In this document: one piece after another, positions 1 through 10,133 of the stretch
How the letters are laid out: each line of letters opens with the position of its first letter
How positions within the stretch are numbered: position 1 is the stretch's first letter
NCBI GenBank assembly: GCA_963702845.1
Contig: OY969763.1
Coordinates: 3,584,001 to 3,648,000 of the forward strand
Source of the DNA: an uncultured Verrucomicrobiae bacterium
Lineage (GTDB): Bacteria > Verrucomicrobiota > Verrucomicrobiia > Limisphaerales > Palsa-1400
DNA: 64,000 nucleotides
Reading direction: 5' to 3'
Made by a program: the position numbers and the translations under genes
The notes under the pieces: generated by a model
The model's input: only the letters and a program-made list of their open reading frames with translations
Database searches by the model: none
What the model was told of the DNA's origin: nothing

Positions 1-1
1 A

Positions 2-802
2 GTTTTCACGATTTACGAAGGCGATTTTCCGCAACGTTTTCTTCCCGGCGTCTACACCTCAATGCCACAGTCGATTTGGAACGTCGGCCGTTTTGCGACC
101 GGCAGTTACTCCTATTGCTACGCCAAACACGGCAACCCCGTTGACCTGCTAAAAGACAAAACGCGAACCGGCGAATTTTTATTTTCATTCATTGGCCGCG
201 GTCGCGCCAAAGTCCGCGAGGCACTGTTTAAACTGAAGTTCAACAGAGCTGACATTGTCATCGAAGACAGTTCGAACTTTAACTATTTCACCAGCCAGAC
301 CAATCAGCAGCTTGATCGTCAGCTCCATTATCTGGATGTCTGCATGAAGTCGCGCTTTATGCTCTGCCCGCGGGGCCAAGGCGCGTCCAGTATTCGGTTG
401 TTCGACGCCATGCAGATGGGCGTTGCGCCTGTCATTATTTCGGACAAATGGATTCGACCCGAAGGTCCAGACTGGAAGAGTTTCGCAGTCTTCGTCGCAG
501 AGAAAGACCTCGCGCGCTTGCCAGAGTTGATCGCGCCGTATGACTCCCGCTGGCGCGAAATGGGGCAACTCGCGCGCACTGCCTGGGAGAAGTGGTTTCG
601 GCTCGAGGACGAGTTCAATTGCATCGTCGAGAGCCTAGCGCGTATCAAAGCGAATCGAGTGATTCCTGAAAGAATCACGCGCCTCAGTTGGCCATTGATC
701 GTGGCGCGCCTTCAGTTGCGTCGCAACCTTTCGCGTTTGAAACACCCGGCACAAACAAGCTCTGCCCCGCTGGCGACAGCTCAACCGAGGTCCGGCACTT
801 AA
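2..802 (+). CDS. Exostosin-family (GT47-like) glycosyltransferase, 5'-partial
   Basis: Frame open from position 2 (VFTIYEGDFP...); motif SRFMLCPRGQGASSIRLFDAMQMGVAPVIISD typical of exostosin domains. Confidence 0.8.
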   Translation, partial: VFTIYEGDFPQRFLPGVYTSMPQSIWNVGRFATGSYSYCYAKHGNPVDLLKDKTRTGEFLFSFIGRGRAKVREALFKLKFNRADIVIEDSSNFNYFTSQTNQQLDRQLHYLDVCMKSRFMLCPRGQGASSIRLFDAMQMGVAPVIISDKWIRPEGPDWKSFAVFVAEKDLARLPELIAPYDSRWREMGQLARTAWEKWFRLEDEFNCIVESLARIKANRVIPERITRLSWPLIVARLQLRRNLSRLKHPAQTSSAPLATAQPRSGT

Positions 803-804
803 GA

Positions 805-1980
805 ATGCAAACGGAACCCACAGGCCCCATCGAGCTTTCAATTGTCATTCCTTGCCTGAACGAAGGCGAGACGTTGGAGCATTGCATTCGCAAGGCACAG
901 TCGGCGTTGCTCGCCGGCAATATCAAGGGCGAAATTATTATCGCCGATAACGGCAGTCGCGACGACTCGATCGCAATCGCTGAACGTCTCGGCGCGCGTG
1001 TCGTTCATGTTTCAGAAAAAGGTTACGGCAACGCGCTCATGGGCGGCCTCAATTCCGCTCGCGGCAAATATCTGCTGATGGGCGATGCCGATGGCAGTTA
1101 CGATTTTGAAGAAGCGCCGCGTTTTGTCGCAAAATTGCGCGAAGGTTACGATCTCGTGCAAGGTTGTCGTTTGCCGAGTGGCGGAGGGACGATCGCTGAA
1201 GGTGCGATGCCGATCACGCATCGACTGATTGGCAACCCGGCGTTTTCGTTTTTAGCGCGCAATATGTTCAAGGCGCGCATTCATGACATCTATTGCGGGC
1301 TGCGCGCATTCACGTGCGAGTTTTATCAGCAACTCGAGTTGCGTTGCGTTGGGATGGAGTTCGCAACGGAGATGATCATCAAGGCGAGCTTGCAGGGTGC
1401 GAACATTGCCGAGATTCCGATTACGTTGCACAAGGACCGTCGTGTCACAAACAAGCCGCACTTGAAAACAATTCGTGATGGCTGGCGGACGTTGCGTTTT
1501 TTTCTGCTCTGCAGTCCGCGGTGGTTGTTTTTCATTCCGGGCATGGCGCTGATGTTTTTAGGATTCGTCGGATACGGTCTCGCGTTGCCCGGCGTGAAGA
1601 TTGGCCCGGCGAAATTCGATGCGCACACGTTGCTCTTCGCGAGTCTTGGGTTGATGCTGGGGTATCAATCGACCTGGTTCGCGATTATTGCAAAGACCTT
1701 CGCGATCACTGAGAAGTTGTTACCGAACGATCCGCGCATCACGCGGTTTCTTCAAATCACGACGCTGGAACGCGGCCTCGTGCTTGGCGTAATGGGGATG
1801 ATTGCCGGCGTCTTTTTAATGGGCGATGCAGTGTGGCAATGGCGCGCGGCTGGGTTCGGGCATCTCGAATATAGTTACACGATGCGCTGGGTGATTCCGG
1901 GCGTGACTCTGTGTGCGCTGGGATTTCAAACGATACTTTCGTGTTTCATCGTTAGCTTGCTTGGGTTGGCGCGGAAGTGA
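805..1980 (+). CDS. GT2 glycosyltransferase (DPM1/polyprenol-phosphate sugar synthase-like) with C-terminal TM helices
   Basis: LSIVIPCLNE, ADNGSRD, MGDADGSYD motifs; hydrophobic C-terminus; ATG at 805 just after the previous stop. Confidence 0.88.
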   Translation: MQTEPTGPIELSIVIPCLNEGETLEHCIRKAQSALLAGNIKGEIIIADNGSRDDSIAIAERLGARVVHVSEKGYGNALMGGLNSARGKYLLMGDADGSYDFEEAPRFVAKLREGYDLVQGCRLPSGGGTIAEGAMPITHRLIGNPAFSFLARNMFKARIHDIYCGLRAFTCEFYQQLELRCVGMEFATEMIIKASLQGANIAEIPITLHKDRRVTNKPHLKTIRDGWRTLRFFLLCSPRWLFFIPGMALMFLGFVGYGLALPGVKIGPAKFDAHTLLFASLGLMLGYQSTWFAIIAKTFAITEKLLPNDPRITRFLQITTLERGLVLGVMGMIAGVFLMGDAVWQWRAAGFGHLEYSYTMRWVIPGVTLCALGFQTILSCFIVSLLGLARK

Positions 1981-1981
1981 T

Positions 1982-2094
1982 TTCGGAGTGCGGGCGTCTC
2001 GCCAGCAGCGAGATTAAATCGTGCCGGTATTGAAAAGCTCCAAGTAAGGTTTGCATTTCGACGTTGCTGCGGACGTGGACGTCCGCACTCCGAA
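1982..2094. repeat. Inverted pair of REP-like palindromes between convergent genes
   Basis: ttcggagtgcgggcgtc...gcagc (1982-2009) matches the reverse complement of gctgcggacgtggacgtccgcactccgaa (2066-2094). Confidence 0.7.
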
Positions 2095-2098
2095 GGCG

Positions 2099-4233
2099 CT
2101 AGTCCTTCAACGTTCGCGCGACTTCTTTTGGATCTTTCGTTGGTGGCTGACAGGCTGTGCCGGTGCAGAGGAACACAACAGGCGCATCTTTGGTCGGCAA
2201 AGTTTTTGCGAACTCTTCGACGGGGCCGGCATTGGAGAGCACCACTTTATTTGGCTGATAGACAGAATGGATTGCGTGCAACATTTGTCGTCTTTCCCGA
2301 CGAGCACGGCGCGTTTGGGTTCGTGCAAAAGGAAATCGAGCGCGAGCAGCATGTGCGGCACGGCTTGTGGAAACTCTTGCAGGCGCGCCGAGAAATGTTG
2401 GAGAGTTTTTTCGGCAGCATCTTTGAAATGCTTGTTGTCGGTGATGGCCGAAAGCTTCAACAGTGCCAGCGAGGCGACGGAGTTGCCGGACGGTTCTGCT
2501 CCATCGTAGTCCTCCTTCGTGCGCATGATCAGGTCTTTCGCATCGGCTGCACTTTCGTAAAACCCGCCGTCTTTCGGATCGTAAAACCGCGTCGGTCATC
2601 GAGTCGGCGAAGTCGATGGCGAATTGCAAATGTTTCGGATCAAGGGTTGCTTCGTATAAATCCAAAACGCCGGAGAGCAAATAGGCGTAGGCATCGAGCA
2701 ATTGCACGTTGTCGCGTTCGCCGTCGCGCCAGCGGTGATAAAGAGTTTTGGTCTTGGCATCCCACAGATGCGATTGCAAGAACGCGAGGTTCGTTTCGGC
2801 GGCCTGACGATATTGCGCGCCACCGAGGACTGCGTAAGATCGAGCAATCGCGCCGAGCATCAAGCCGTTCCACGACGCGAGGACTTTGTCGTCGAGATGG
2901 GGGCGGACGCGTTTGGTGCGGGCGTCGAACATTTTTTTGTTTGCGGAATCGAGAACTTTCCGTTCAGCGTCCGAGAGCTTCGGATCAACGATGCTCAATA
3001 CGTTTTGGTTGGGCAGCGGGTTCGGGTCGCTGTGGTCGACGAAATTGCCTTCTTCAGTAATGCCGAAATAGCGCGTTGCGACTTTGAATTCGTCGGGAGT
3101 GAGCAGGTGTTTCAGTTCGGTGATTGTCCAGCAGTAGAACTTACCTTCTTTGCCTTCGCTGTCGGCGTCTTCGGCGGAATAAAAACCGCCATCGCGATGG
3201 GTCATGTCGCGCAGAACATATTGAATCGTTTCGCGGACGGTGTTGGCATATTGCTATTTGCCGCTGATGAGATAGGCGTCGAGGTAGAGGTTCACCAACT
3301 GCGCATTGTCATAAAGCATCTTCTCGAAATGCGGGCACAAGCCATTGCGCATCGACGGAATAACGCGCGAAGCCGCCGCCGAGTTGGTCATACATGCCGC
3401 CGGCAGCCATGTGATCGCAGGTGTGCATGACCATTTGATGGCTTGTTGATCTTTGGCGCGGGCTCCGTAGCGCAGCACAAACAGCGGTTGGCTTGGGCGT
3501 GGGAATTTCGGGGCATCGCCGAAGCCGCCATTGGTGGGATCGATACTCTTGTTTGAACTGCAATCGCCGCGTGCTTGAAACTTCGAGTTGAAAGTGCGCG
3601 TTCGTCGGTTCCTGATTCGTGATGTTAATGAGGCGATTGTGCAAGTTCAGCGCGGAGGCGAGCACTTCGTCGTGACGGGTTTCCCAGACGTTTGCGATTT
3701 GTTTTAGCAAATCAAGAAAGCTGACACGACCGTATCTGGCTTCCGGTGGAAAATACGTTCCGCCATAGAACGGTTTAGATCAGGCGTAAGAAAACAATTT
3801 AACGGCCAACCGCCCTGGCCTGTGATGGCCTGCACCGTCGTCATGTAAATCTTGTCGACGTCCGGCCGTTCTTCGCGGTCAACTTTGATGCTGACGAAAT
3901 GTTTGTTGAGAAACTCAGCGACTTTTTCGTCTTCGAACGATTCGCGTTCCATCACGTGGCACCAATGACAAGTCGAATAGCCGATGCTCAGGAAAATGGG
4001 TTTGTTCTCCTTACGCGCTTTGGCAAACGCTTCGTCGCCCCAGGCATACCAATCAACGGGGTTATGTTGCATGCTGCAAGAGATACGGTGATTTCTCCCG
4101 CGCGAGGCGATTGGTGTGGGCGTGCGTGACTGACATAGGTTTCAATTCAACATTGTTGGTGGCAGCACGAAAGAGCAAATGCAAAGAACGCGCTGAAGAG
4201 CATCAGGCTGGACCGGATTCGCAAGAGCGGCAT
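2099..4233 (-). CDS. YyaL/SPATA20-like thioredoxin-domain protein (DUF255 plus alpha/alpha barrel), broken by several frameshifts
   Basis: Fragments in different frames: [24 protein letters not shown]...[70 protein letters not shown]. Confidence 0.85.
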
Positions 4234-4499
4234 TGCTCAAAGAAACGCAATGGCGAAGGAAAGCCAATGGAAATTCGGACGCACCGCCAAATTTCACGTT
4301 CCGGTTGGCTATTTATGCGGAACGCACGCTGTATTTTGTGAAATTTGCGGTTGAAGAACTCACTTTACTGAGTCGTAAGACACTGTGGCTGAGCCACATT
4401 GCACTTTAATGTATTTTTGCCTTGGAAATTTGCACATGTATGTAAGTTGCTGTATTGTAGTCAGTTATTGGATTTGCTCAGTTTTTCCTCTACTCTCCT

Positions 4500-4527
4500 T
4501 TGACAGATTCGCCTATGCGTGTATTGT
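4500..4527 (+). promoter_or_regulatory. Putative sigma70 promoter for the rpoD-like gene
   Basis: TTGACA (4500-4505), 16 bp spacer, TATTGT (4522-4527). Confidence 0.45.
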
Positions 4528-4639
4528 TGGGGCGGTAACGTAGGTATCCTGGGGCGTTTTCAGGAGACAAGGAAGGTCTTGGTGGACACCGAGGCCACAG
4601 GTTTCTCTGAATTAACAATGATATCGGTGTCGGAAAAAT

Positions 4640-6535
4640 ATGTTAAGAAAGAGAGTTTACCGGGTTCGCGCCCGCGTCCCTCAAAGCGGGATTCCACGCC
4701 ACGACGCTAGCTGGGCCCGCGCTCTTCAAAAAAGCGTTCGGTCGCCAAAAAGGCGCGGTTTGATTTTCAGGGCGCAAAGCACCTCGACTAAAGTCGCCGA
4801 AGACCGGAAAGGGAATGGAAAAGGACAAAAGCCGGCAAAGGCGCCACGGCGCTGCCCGCATCCGGTAACCCAGCTGCTCCCGCCAGCAGATTGATCCAGC
4901 TTTTATCCAGGAAAAGGTCAAGGAACTGCTCCGTTTGGCGCAGGACCAAGGCTATCTGACCTACGACGACGTGAATGACGCGTTGCCGGACGAAGTCGTC
5001 ACGCCTGAAGTTCTCGATGAGATTTATACCAAGTTGCGCGGGTTCGACGTTGAAGTCGTCGAATCGCCGGAGCTTGGAACCCGCCGCTGCCAAGGAACGG
5101 AAGAACGCGAAGAGCCTGAAGATTCCTCGCGTCTCGATATTCTCGATGACCCGGTCCAGATGTATCTCCGCCAGATGGGCAAGGTGCCCCTGTTGACGCG
5201 CGAGCAGGAAGTTGAAATTTGCAAGCGCATTGAAGAAGGCGATACGGAAGCGCGCCATATTCTGTTCAAGTTCGGTTTTACCGCGAAGGAACACGTTGCG
5301 CTGGCGGAAAAGTTGATTTGTGATCCGCCGAAGGAACGTTTTGACCGGGTTGTCGTCGACAAGCAGGTCGAAAATCGCGCCGCGCATTTGCTGACTTTGA
5401 AGCGTTTGATCAAGCGCACGCGTGAGATCGACGAAAAGATGGACGAACTTTACGAGAAATGGCACGACGCGAAGAAGGCGCAGAAGGATCACTACTGGAA
5501 AAAGATCGAGGCTATGGACAAGAAGCTGCAGGCGATTTACCCGAAGTTTTATTACAAGCCGAAGGTGGTCGAAGAAGTGATGCTTGTCGCAGACAATCTG
5601 CGCGACAAGATCCAGACCAGCCTCCGTGCGATCGCTGAGCTGGAACGCGCCCGCAAGTCGGCCACGGTCGAGCAACAGATTCGAACGCCGAGAAGGCTCG
5701 CATCGTTGAATTTGAAAAGTTTGCGCGCATGCCGCATCAGCAATACATGACCGAGCATGCTGCGATGAAGAAAGCTGCCGGCAAAGCCGATACCGCCAAG
5801 AGCGAAATGGCTGCTGCGAATCTGCGTCTCGTGATTTCGATCGCGAAGAAGCACACGAATCGCGGCCTCTCGTTCCTCGATCTGATTCAGGAAGGCAACA
5901 TGGGCCTGATGAAGGGCGTCGAGAAATTTGAGTATCGCCGCGGCTACAAGTTTTCAACTTATGCCATCTGGTGGATTCGCCAGGCGATCACCCGCGCGGT
6001 AGCCGACCAGGCTCGCACGGTGCGTATTCCGGTGCACATGATCGAAGTCATCAACCGCGTCATGCGCGTGCAGAAGCGCTTGATGCAGGAACTCGGTCGT
6101 GAAGCTGAGCCGGAAGAAATTGCGGACGAACTGAACATCCCGGTCGCGCGTGTGCGTGCGATTTTGAAGATGGCGCAGCAATCCGTCTCGCTGCAGGCGC
6201 CTGTTGGCGACGGCGATGACGCGAGCGTTGGTGATTTCATCGAAGATAAGAAAGCTGCGAATCCGTCGGAAGTGACGAGCTATAGCTTGCTCAAGGATAC
6301 TTTGTCGGACGTCCTCGCGACGTTGACTGAACGCGAACGCAAGATTGTGGAAATGCGTTTTGGTCTGGTGGACGGTTACGAACGCACGCTCGAAGAAATC
6401 GGCAAGCAATACAACGTCACCCGCGAACGTATTCGCCAGATCGAAGCCAAAGCGTTGCGCAAGATGCGTCACCCGACCCGTCTGCGTCACCTCCAAGGCT
6501 TCCTTGATAGCGAAGCCACTGCTGAGCAGGTGTAA
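4640..6535 (+). CDS. rpoD: RNA polymerase sigma-70 factor, RpoD-type (frameshifted; start uncertain)
   Basis: Region 1.1 ([14 protein letters not shown]), 1.2 ([21 protein letters not shown]), 2 ([38 protein letters not shown]), 4 (TLEEIG...[15 protein letters not shown]); frameshift near 5690 and upstream of 4935. Confidence 0.88.
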
Positions 6536-6557
6536 GCCTGAGCTAAATATTTACGCG

Positions 6558-6590
6558 AAGCGCGAATCAGAAATGGTTCGCGCTTTTTTG
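6558..6590 (+). terminator. Rho-independent terminator after rpoD
   Basis: 12 bp stem aagcgcgaatca/tggttcgcgctt, GAAA loop, T-tract. Confidence 0.85.
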
Positions 6591-6634
6591 TTGGCACATG
6601 TCACCTTTCCCTGCTCCGGTCCGTCAAATGAAAC

Positions 6635-8071
6635 ATGCACCACCCGCTCGTTGCGATCACGTTAGCAACTGCTTTGAGTTGCTCGGCACAGGCGTTGAAG
6701 TCTGAGCACTTCGACAAAGACCCGGGGTGGGAGAGTTTCGGGAATCGTGCGCCGAAGAAGCACATCGTTGCACACCAGGACTTCGGATACAGCCCCAACA
6801 GCGATTTCGTTGGAAAAGGAAAAGGTGAAATCGGCGGGAGAATTCAACGTTCGACGGTCCCGGCCTACTACGCTGAAGCGATTGCGCCAAAAACGCTGAA
6901 TGACAGATTAAGCGCGTCGGGCACGTTCACGGTTCCTGAGAAGTCGGGCGGCGGGTTGTGGTTTGGCTGGTTTAAGGCCGATCAGGAAGGTGGCAGTGGA
7001 CGTCCGGTGAGCGGCCTTGGGATGGATATTGGATTTAAAACCGGCGGCGGACATTTGGCGGTGCGATTAACAACTAAACAAAACCAAGCCGCCGGTGTGT
7101 TGGTGACTGCTTTGAAAGCAAACAAGACCGGCGGCAAACCCGTCGATGCTGTCATGCTCCAAGCCGACGGCACACGTTATACATGGACTCTGGATTACGA
7201 TCCAAGTGGCGCCAGTGGCAAGGGTCAGGTTCAATTCGTCGTTCGCAGCAATCGTTCCAAACCGCAGGAGTTCGAGGGTAAAGTTTTCACAGCTGATTTG
7301 CCTGCTGGTTACAAAAATCAGGGCACAGCGTTCGATCGGTTTGGAATTCTAAACATCATGAAGACGGGTGGGACGGTGACGATTTACTTCAACGATTTGA
7401 CGCATGACGGCAAGCATGAGGATTTTTCCACCGATCCGAATTGGCTCGGCGTGAGTAATCACGGCAATGTCGCGGAGCGCGATCAAGTAGCGGTGCAGGA
7501 TTTTGGTTATGAACCGAAGTCAAATATCGCCGGGGGTGAGACCGGCGAAATCGGCGGAGTGTTTTGGCGCACTGAAACAGATCCTGGATTTTACGCTGGT
7601 CGTACGAGCCCAATGACGTTGGACAATAAACTGACGGCGCATGGGAAGGTGCAAATGCTTGTCGGCGCACCAGACTCGAATATGTACATCGGCTGGTTCA
7701 CCTCGAGTGACAAACAGAAATCACCAGTTCAAGCGGGAAATTTCCTCGGAGTTTCCATCGGAGGGCCCACGCGCATCGGACATTATTTCAATCCGGCGTA
7801 TACAACTTCAACCGGTGAACGTGGCAGAGTAAAATCGGGCGGACCGATCATCGCGCCAGGTAACAAATACGAATGGTCACTGCAATACGATCCAACAGGT
7901 AATGGCAACGTCACAGTGACCCTTGGCAAAGATTCGGTGACACTACCGTTGAAGCCGAGCGATCGAAAGCGAGGAGCGCAATTTGATCACTTTGGCGTTC
8001 TAACCTCGGGACCAGGCGGGCAGATGGTGAAAATTTATTTCGACGATTTAGAATACACGGTCGGGCCGTAA
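6635..8071 (+). CDS. Secreted hypothetical protein made of two tandem homologous beta-rich domains
   Basis: N-terminal signal peptide; internal duplication (HFDKDPGW..QDFGY..GEIGG..FDRFG..IYFNDL vs DFSTDPNW..QDFGY..GEIGG..FDHFG..IYFDDL). Confidence 0.75.
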   Translation: MHHPLVAITLATALSCSAQALKSEHFDKDPGWESFGNRAPKKHIVAHQDFGYSPNSDFVGKGKGEIGGRIQRSTVPAYYAEAIAPKTLNDRLSASGTFTVPEKSGGGLWFGWFKADQEGGSGRPVSGLGMDIGFKTGGGHLAVRLTTKQNQAAGVLVTALKANKTGGKPVDAVMLQADGTRYTWTLDYDPSGASGKGQVQFVVRSNRSKPQEFEGKVFTADLPAGYKNQGTAFDRFGILNIMKTGGTVTIYFNDLTHDGKHEDFSTDPNWLGVSNHGNVAERDQVAVQDFGYEPKSNIAGGETGEIGGVFWRTETDPGFYAGRTSPMTLDNKLTAHGKVQMLVGAPDSNMYIGWFTSSDKQKSPVQAGNFLGVSIGGPTRIGHYFNPAYTTSTGERGRVKSGGPIIAPGNKYEWSLQYDPTGNGNVTVTLGKDSVTLPLKPSDRKRGAQFDHFGVLTSGPGGQMVKIYFDDLEYTVGP

Positions 8072-8154
8072 GGAGCGGGAAGTCAGTCGCAGGCGCAACT
8101 AATTTGCAGTCTGGAATTGACCTGATAGATTGGTGTCGCCTTCACTAATCATTT

Positions 8155-9222
8155 ATGACCGAGCAAACCAGGGTAAATCGCCCAACTGCCACGACGACCG
8201 CGTCTACTCCTACCCCTCTATCGCAGGGCGATGTCGCTGCCATTGACGAATTGCGGGCTTCTTATTCAAGAATGCGGGCGGAATTGGCGAAGGTAATTAT
8301 TGGCCAGGACCTCGTCATCGAGCAGCTGCTGATTTGCATTCTCGCGCGGGGACATGGATTGCTGATGGGCGTGCCCGGTTTGGCGAAGACGACGATCGTC
8401 AATTCGCTTTCGCAGGTGATGTCGTTGCAGTTTAACCGCATTCAGTTTACTCCGGACTTGATGCCATCGGATATCACCGGCACGGATATTTTGCAGGAGA
8501 CGGACCAACCGGGACGACGCGCGTTCGTGTTCGTGAAAGGGCCGATTTTTGCAAACATCATTTTAGCGGACGAAATCAATCGCACGCCGCCGAAAACGCA
8601 ATCGGCATTGCTCGAAGCGATGCAGGAACATCGCGTCACGGTTGCGGGACGAATGTTTCCCCTGCCCGCTCCGTTTTTCGTGCTCGCGACGCAAAATCCA
8701 ATCGAGCAGGAAGGCACGTATCCGTTGCCGGAAGCGCAACTGGATCGCTTCATGTTTTTCATCAACGTCGATTATCCGACGCGCGATGAGGAAGGGCGCA
8801 TTGCCCGCGAAACTACCGGTGCAGCTCCGCAAGCGCTGGCGCACATGATTGATGGGAAACAGATTTCGGATTTCCAGGAAGTGGTGCAACGAATGCCGGT
8901 GCCGGACCATATTTACGATTTGGCGGTCGACCTGACGCGGCGCTCACGTCCTTCGTCCGATCAAACTCCGGATTGGATTAAGCGTTGGGTGACGTGGGGT
9001 GCCGGACCGCGCGCGGTCCAGTATTTGATTCGCGGCGCAAAGGCTCGTGCGGTCTTGCACGGCAGTTATTTGGTGCGCATGGAAGATTTGGAAGCAGTGG
9101 CCCATCCTGTCTTGCGGCATCGCATTCTGACAAATTTCCAGGCGCAGTCGGAAGGCGTGGGTAGCGCGGACATTATTAATCGCCTTCTCGAAGATTTGCG
9201 CGGAGAAAACCGCCGTGGCTGA
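8155..9222 (+). CDS. moxR: MoxR-family AAA+ ATPase
   Basis: GVPGLAKT, RIQFTPDLMPSDITG, LADEINRTPPKTQSALLEAMQE, ATQNPIEQEGTYPLPEAQLDRF. Confidence 0.93.
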   Translation: MTEQTRVNRPTATTTASTPTPLSQGDVAAIDELRASYSRMRAELAKVIIGQDLVIEQLLICILARGHGLLMGVPGLAKTTIVNSLSQVMSLQFNRIQFTPDLMPSDITGTDILQETDQPGRRAFVFVKGPIFANIILADEINRTPPKTQSALLEAMQEHRVTVAGRMFPLPAPFFVLATQNPIEQEGTYPLPEAQLDRFMFFINVDYPTRDEEGRIARETTGAAPQALAHMIDGKQISDFQEVVQRMPVPDHIYDLAVDLTRRSRPSSDQTPDWIKRWVTWGAGPRAVQYLIRGAKARAVLHGSYLVRMEDLEAVAHPVLRHRILTNFQAQSEGVGSADIINRLLEDLRGENRRG

Positions 9223-10117
9223 GCCGAACAAATTCTTGAATTCGGAAGTGCTGGGCCGGTTGATGAACCTGCCGTTGTTGGCGCGCTTTCCAATGGAGGG
9301 TTCGGTTTCGGGGCATCACAAAAGTCCACACCGCGGTTCCAGCGTGGAATTCGCGGAATACCGCAACTACGTTCCGGGTGATGACATCCGCCGCCTCGAT
9401 TGGCGCGTATTTGCCCGCAGCGATCGTTTCTATCTGAAGGAATTCGAGGCTGAAACAAACTTGCGCTGTTACTTCGTACTCGATTGCAGCGGATCGATGA
9501 AATTCGGAACAACCGGAGAGTCGAAGCTGGAATACGGCAAACGGCTTGTGGCAACTCTTGCTTACCTCGCGGCCCATCAAGGGGATGCTGTTGGATTGAT
9601 CTGTGCGGGCGACAAGACCATTTTCGAAATTCCGCCCAAGCGCAATCCTGCGCACTTGAAGACGCTTTTTGAAACGTTGGAGAAGGCGGAGCCACGCGGT
9701 GAAACCGGGCTGATTCCAGTTCTTCATGACATTGCGGAAAAAATTCGACGCCGCGCGCTGGTCGTTATCATCTCGGATTTCTTCTGCGATTTGGAACCGC
9801 TCATGAGTTGCTTCCAACACTTACGATTTCGCAAACACGACCTTGCTGTGTTTCATCTGCTCGACCGCGCTGAATTGGATTTTCAATTCAGTCGTCCGGT
9901 GCGATTTGTAGACTTGGAAACATCGATGAACCTCGTCACGGAGCCGGCCAGTATTCGGGATCGTTACCTGGAACAATTACGGTTGTTTCTGGATCGTTTG
10001 CGGACGGGTTGCAACGAGTTCACGGCAGATTACCGGCAGGTCGTAACCGATCAGAGTTACGAGAAGGTTATCGCAGAATTTCTCATCGAGCGCTCGCGCG
10101 CGGCGGCAACGAGATGA
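9215..10117 (+). CDS. DUF58 (vWA-like) MoxR partner
   Basis: GHHKSPHRGSSVEFAEYRNYVPGDDIRRLDWR, LDCSGSM; overlaps the moxR stop. Confidence 0.9.
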   Translation: MAEPNKFLNSEVLGRLMNLPLLARFPMEGSVSGHHKSPHRGSSVEFAEYRNYVPGDDIRRLDWRVFARSDRFYLKEFEAETNLRCYFVLDCSGSMKFGTTGESKLEYGKRLVATLAYLAAHQGDAVGLICAGDKTIFEIPPKRNPAHLKTLFETLEKAEPRGETGLIPVLHDIAEKIRRRALVVIISDFFCDLEPLMSCFQHLRFRKHDLAVFHLLDRAELDFQFSRPVRFVDLETSMNLVTEPASIRDRYLEQLRLFLDRLRTGCNEFTADYRQVVTDQSYEKVIAEFLIERSRAAATR

Positions 10118-10133
10118 TTTTGCAACGCGGTGA

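Noticed and set aside
4443..4467. Imperfect TAAGT-N15-AGTTA dyad upstream of rpoD
   Set aside because: Single short occurrence; cannot be assigned to a regulator or distinguished from chance.
4788..5957. Long antisense ORFs (e.g. 4788..5957, 53408..54514, 54869..56155, 47214..48071)
   Set aside because: Shadow frames of well-supported GC-rich genes on the opposite strand, with no recognisable motifs.
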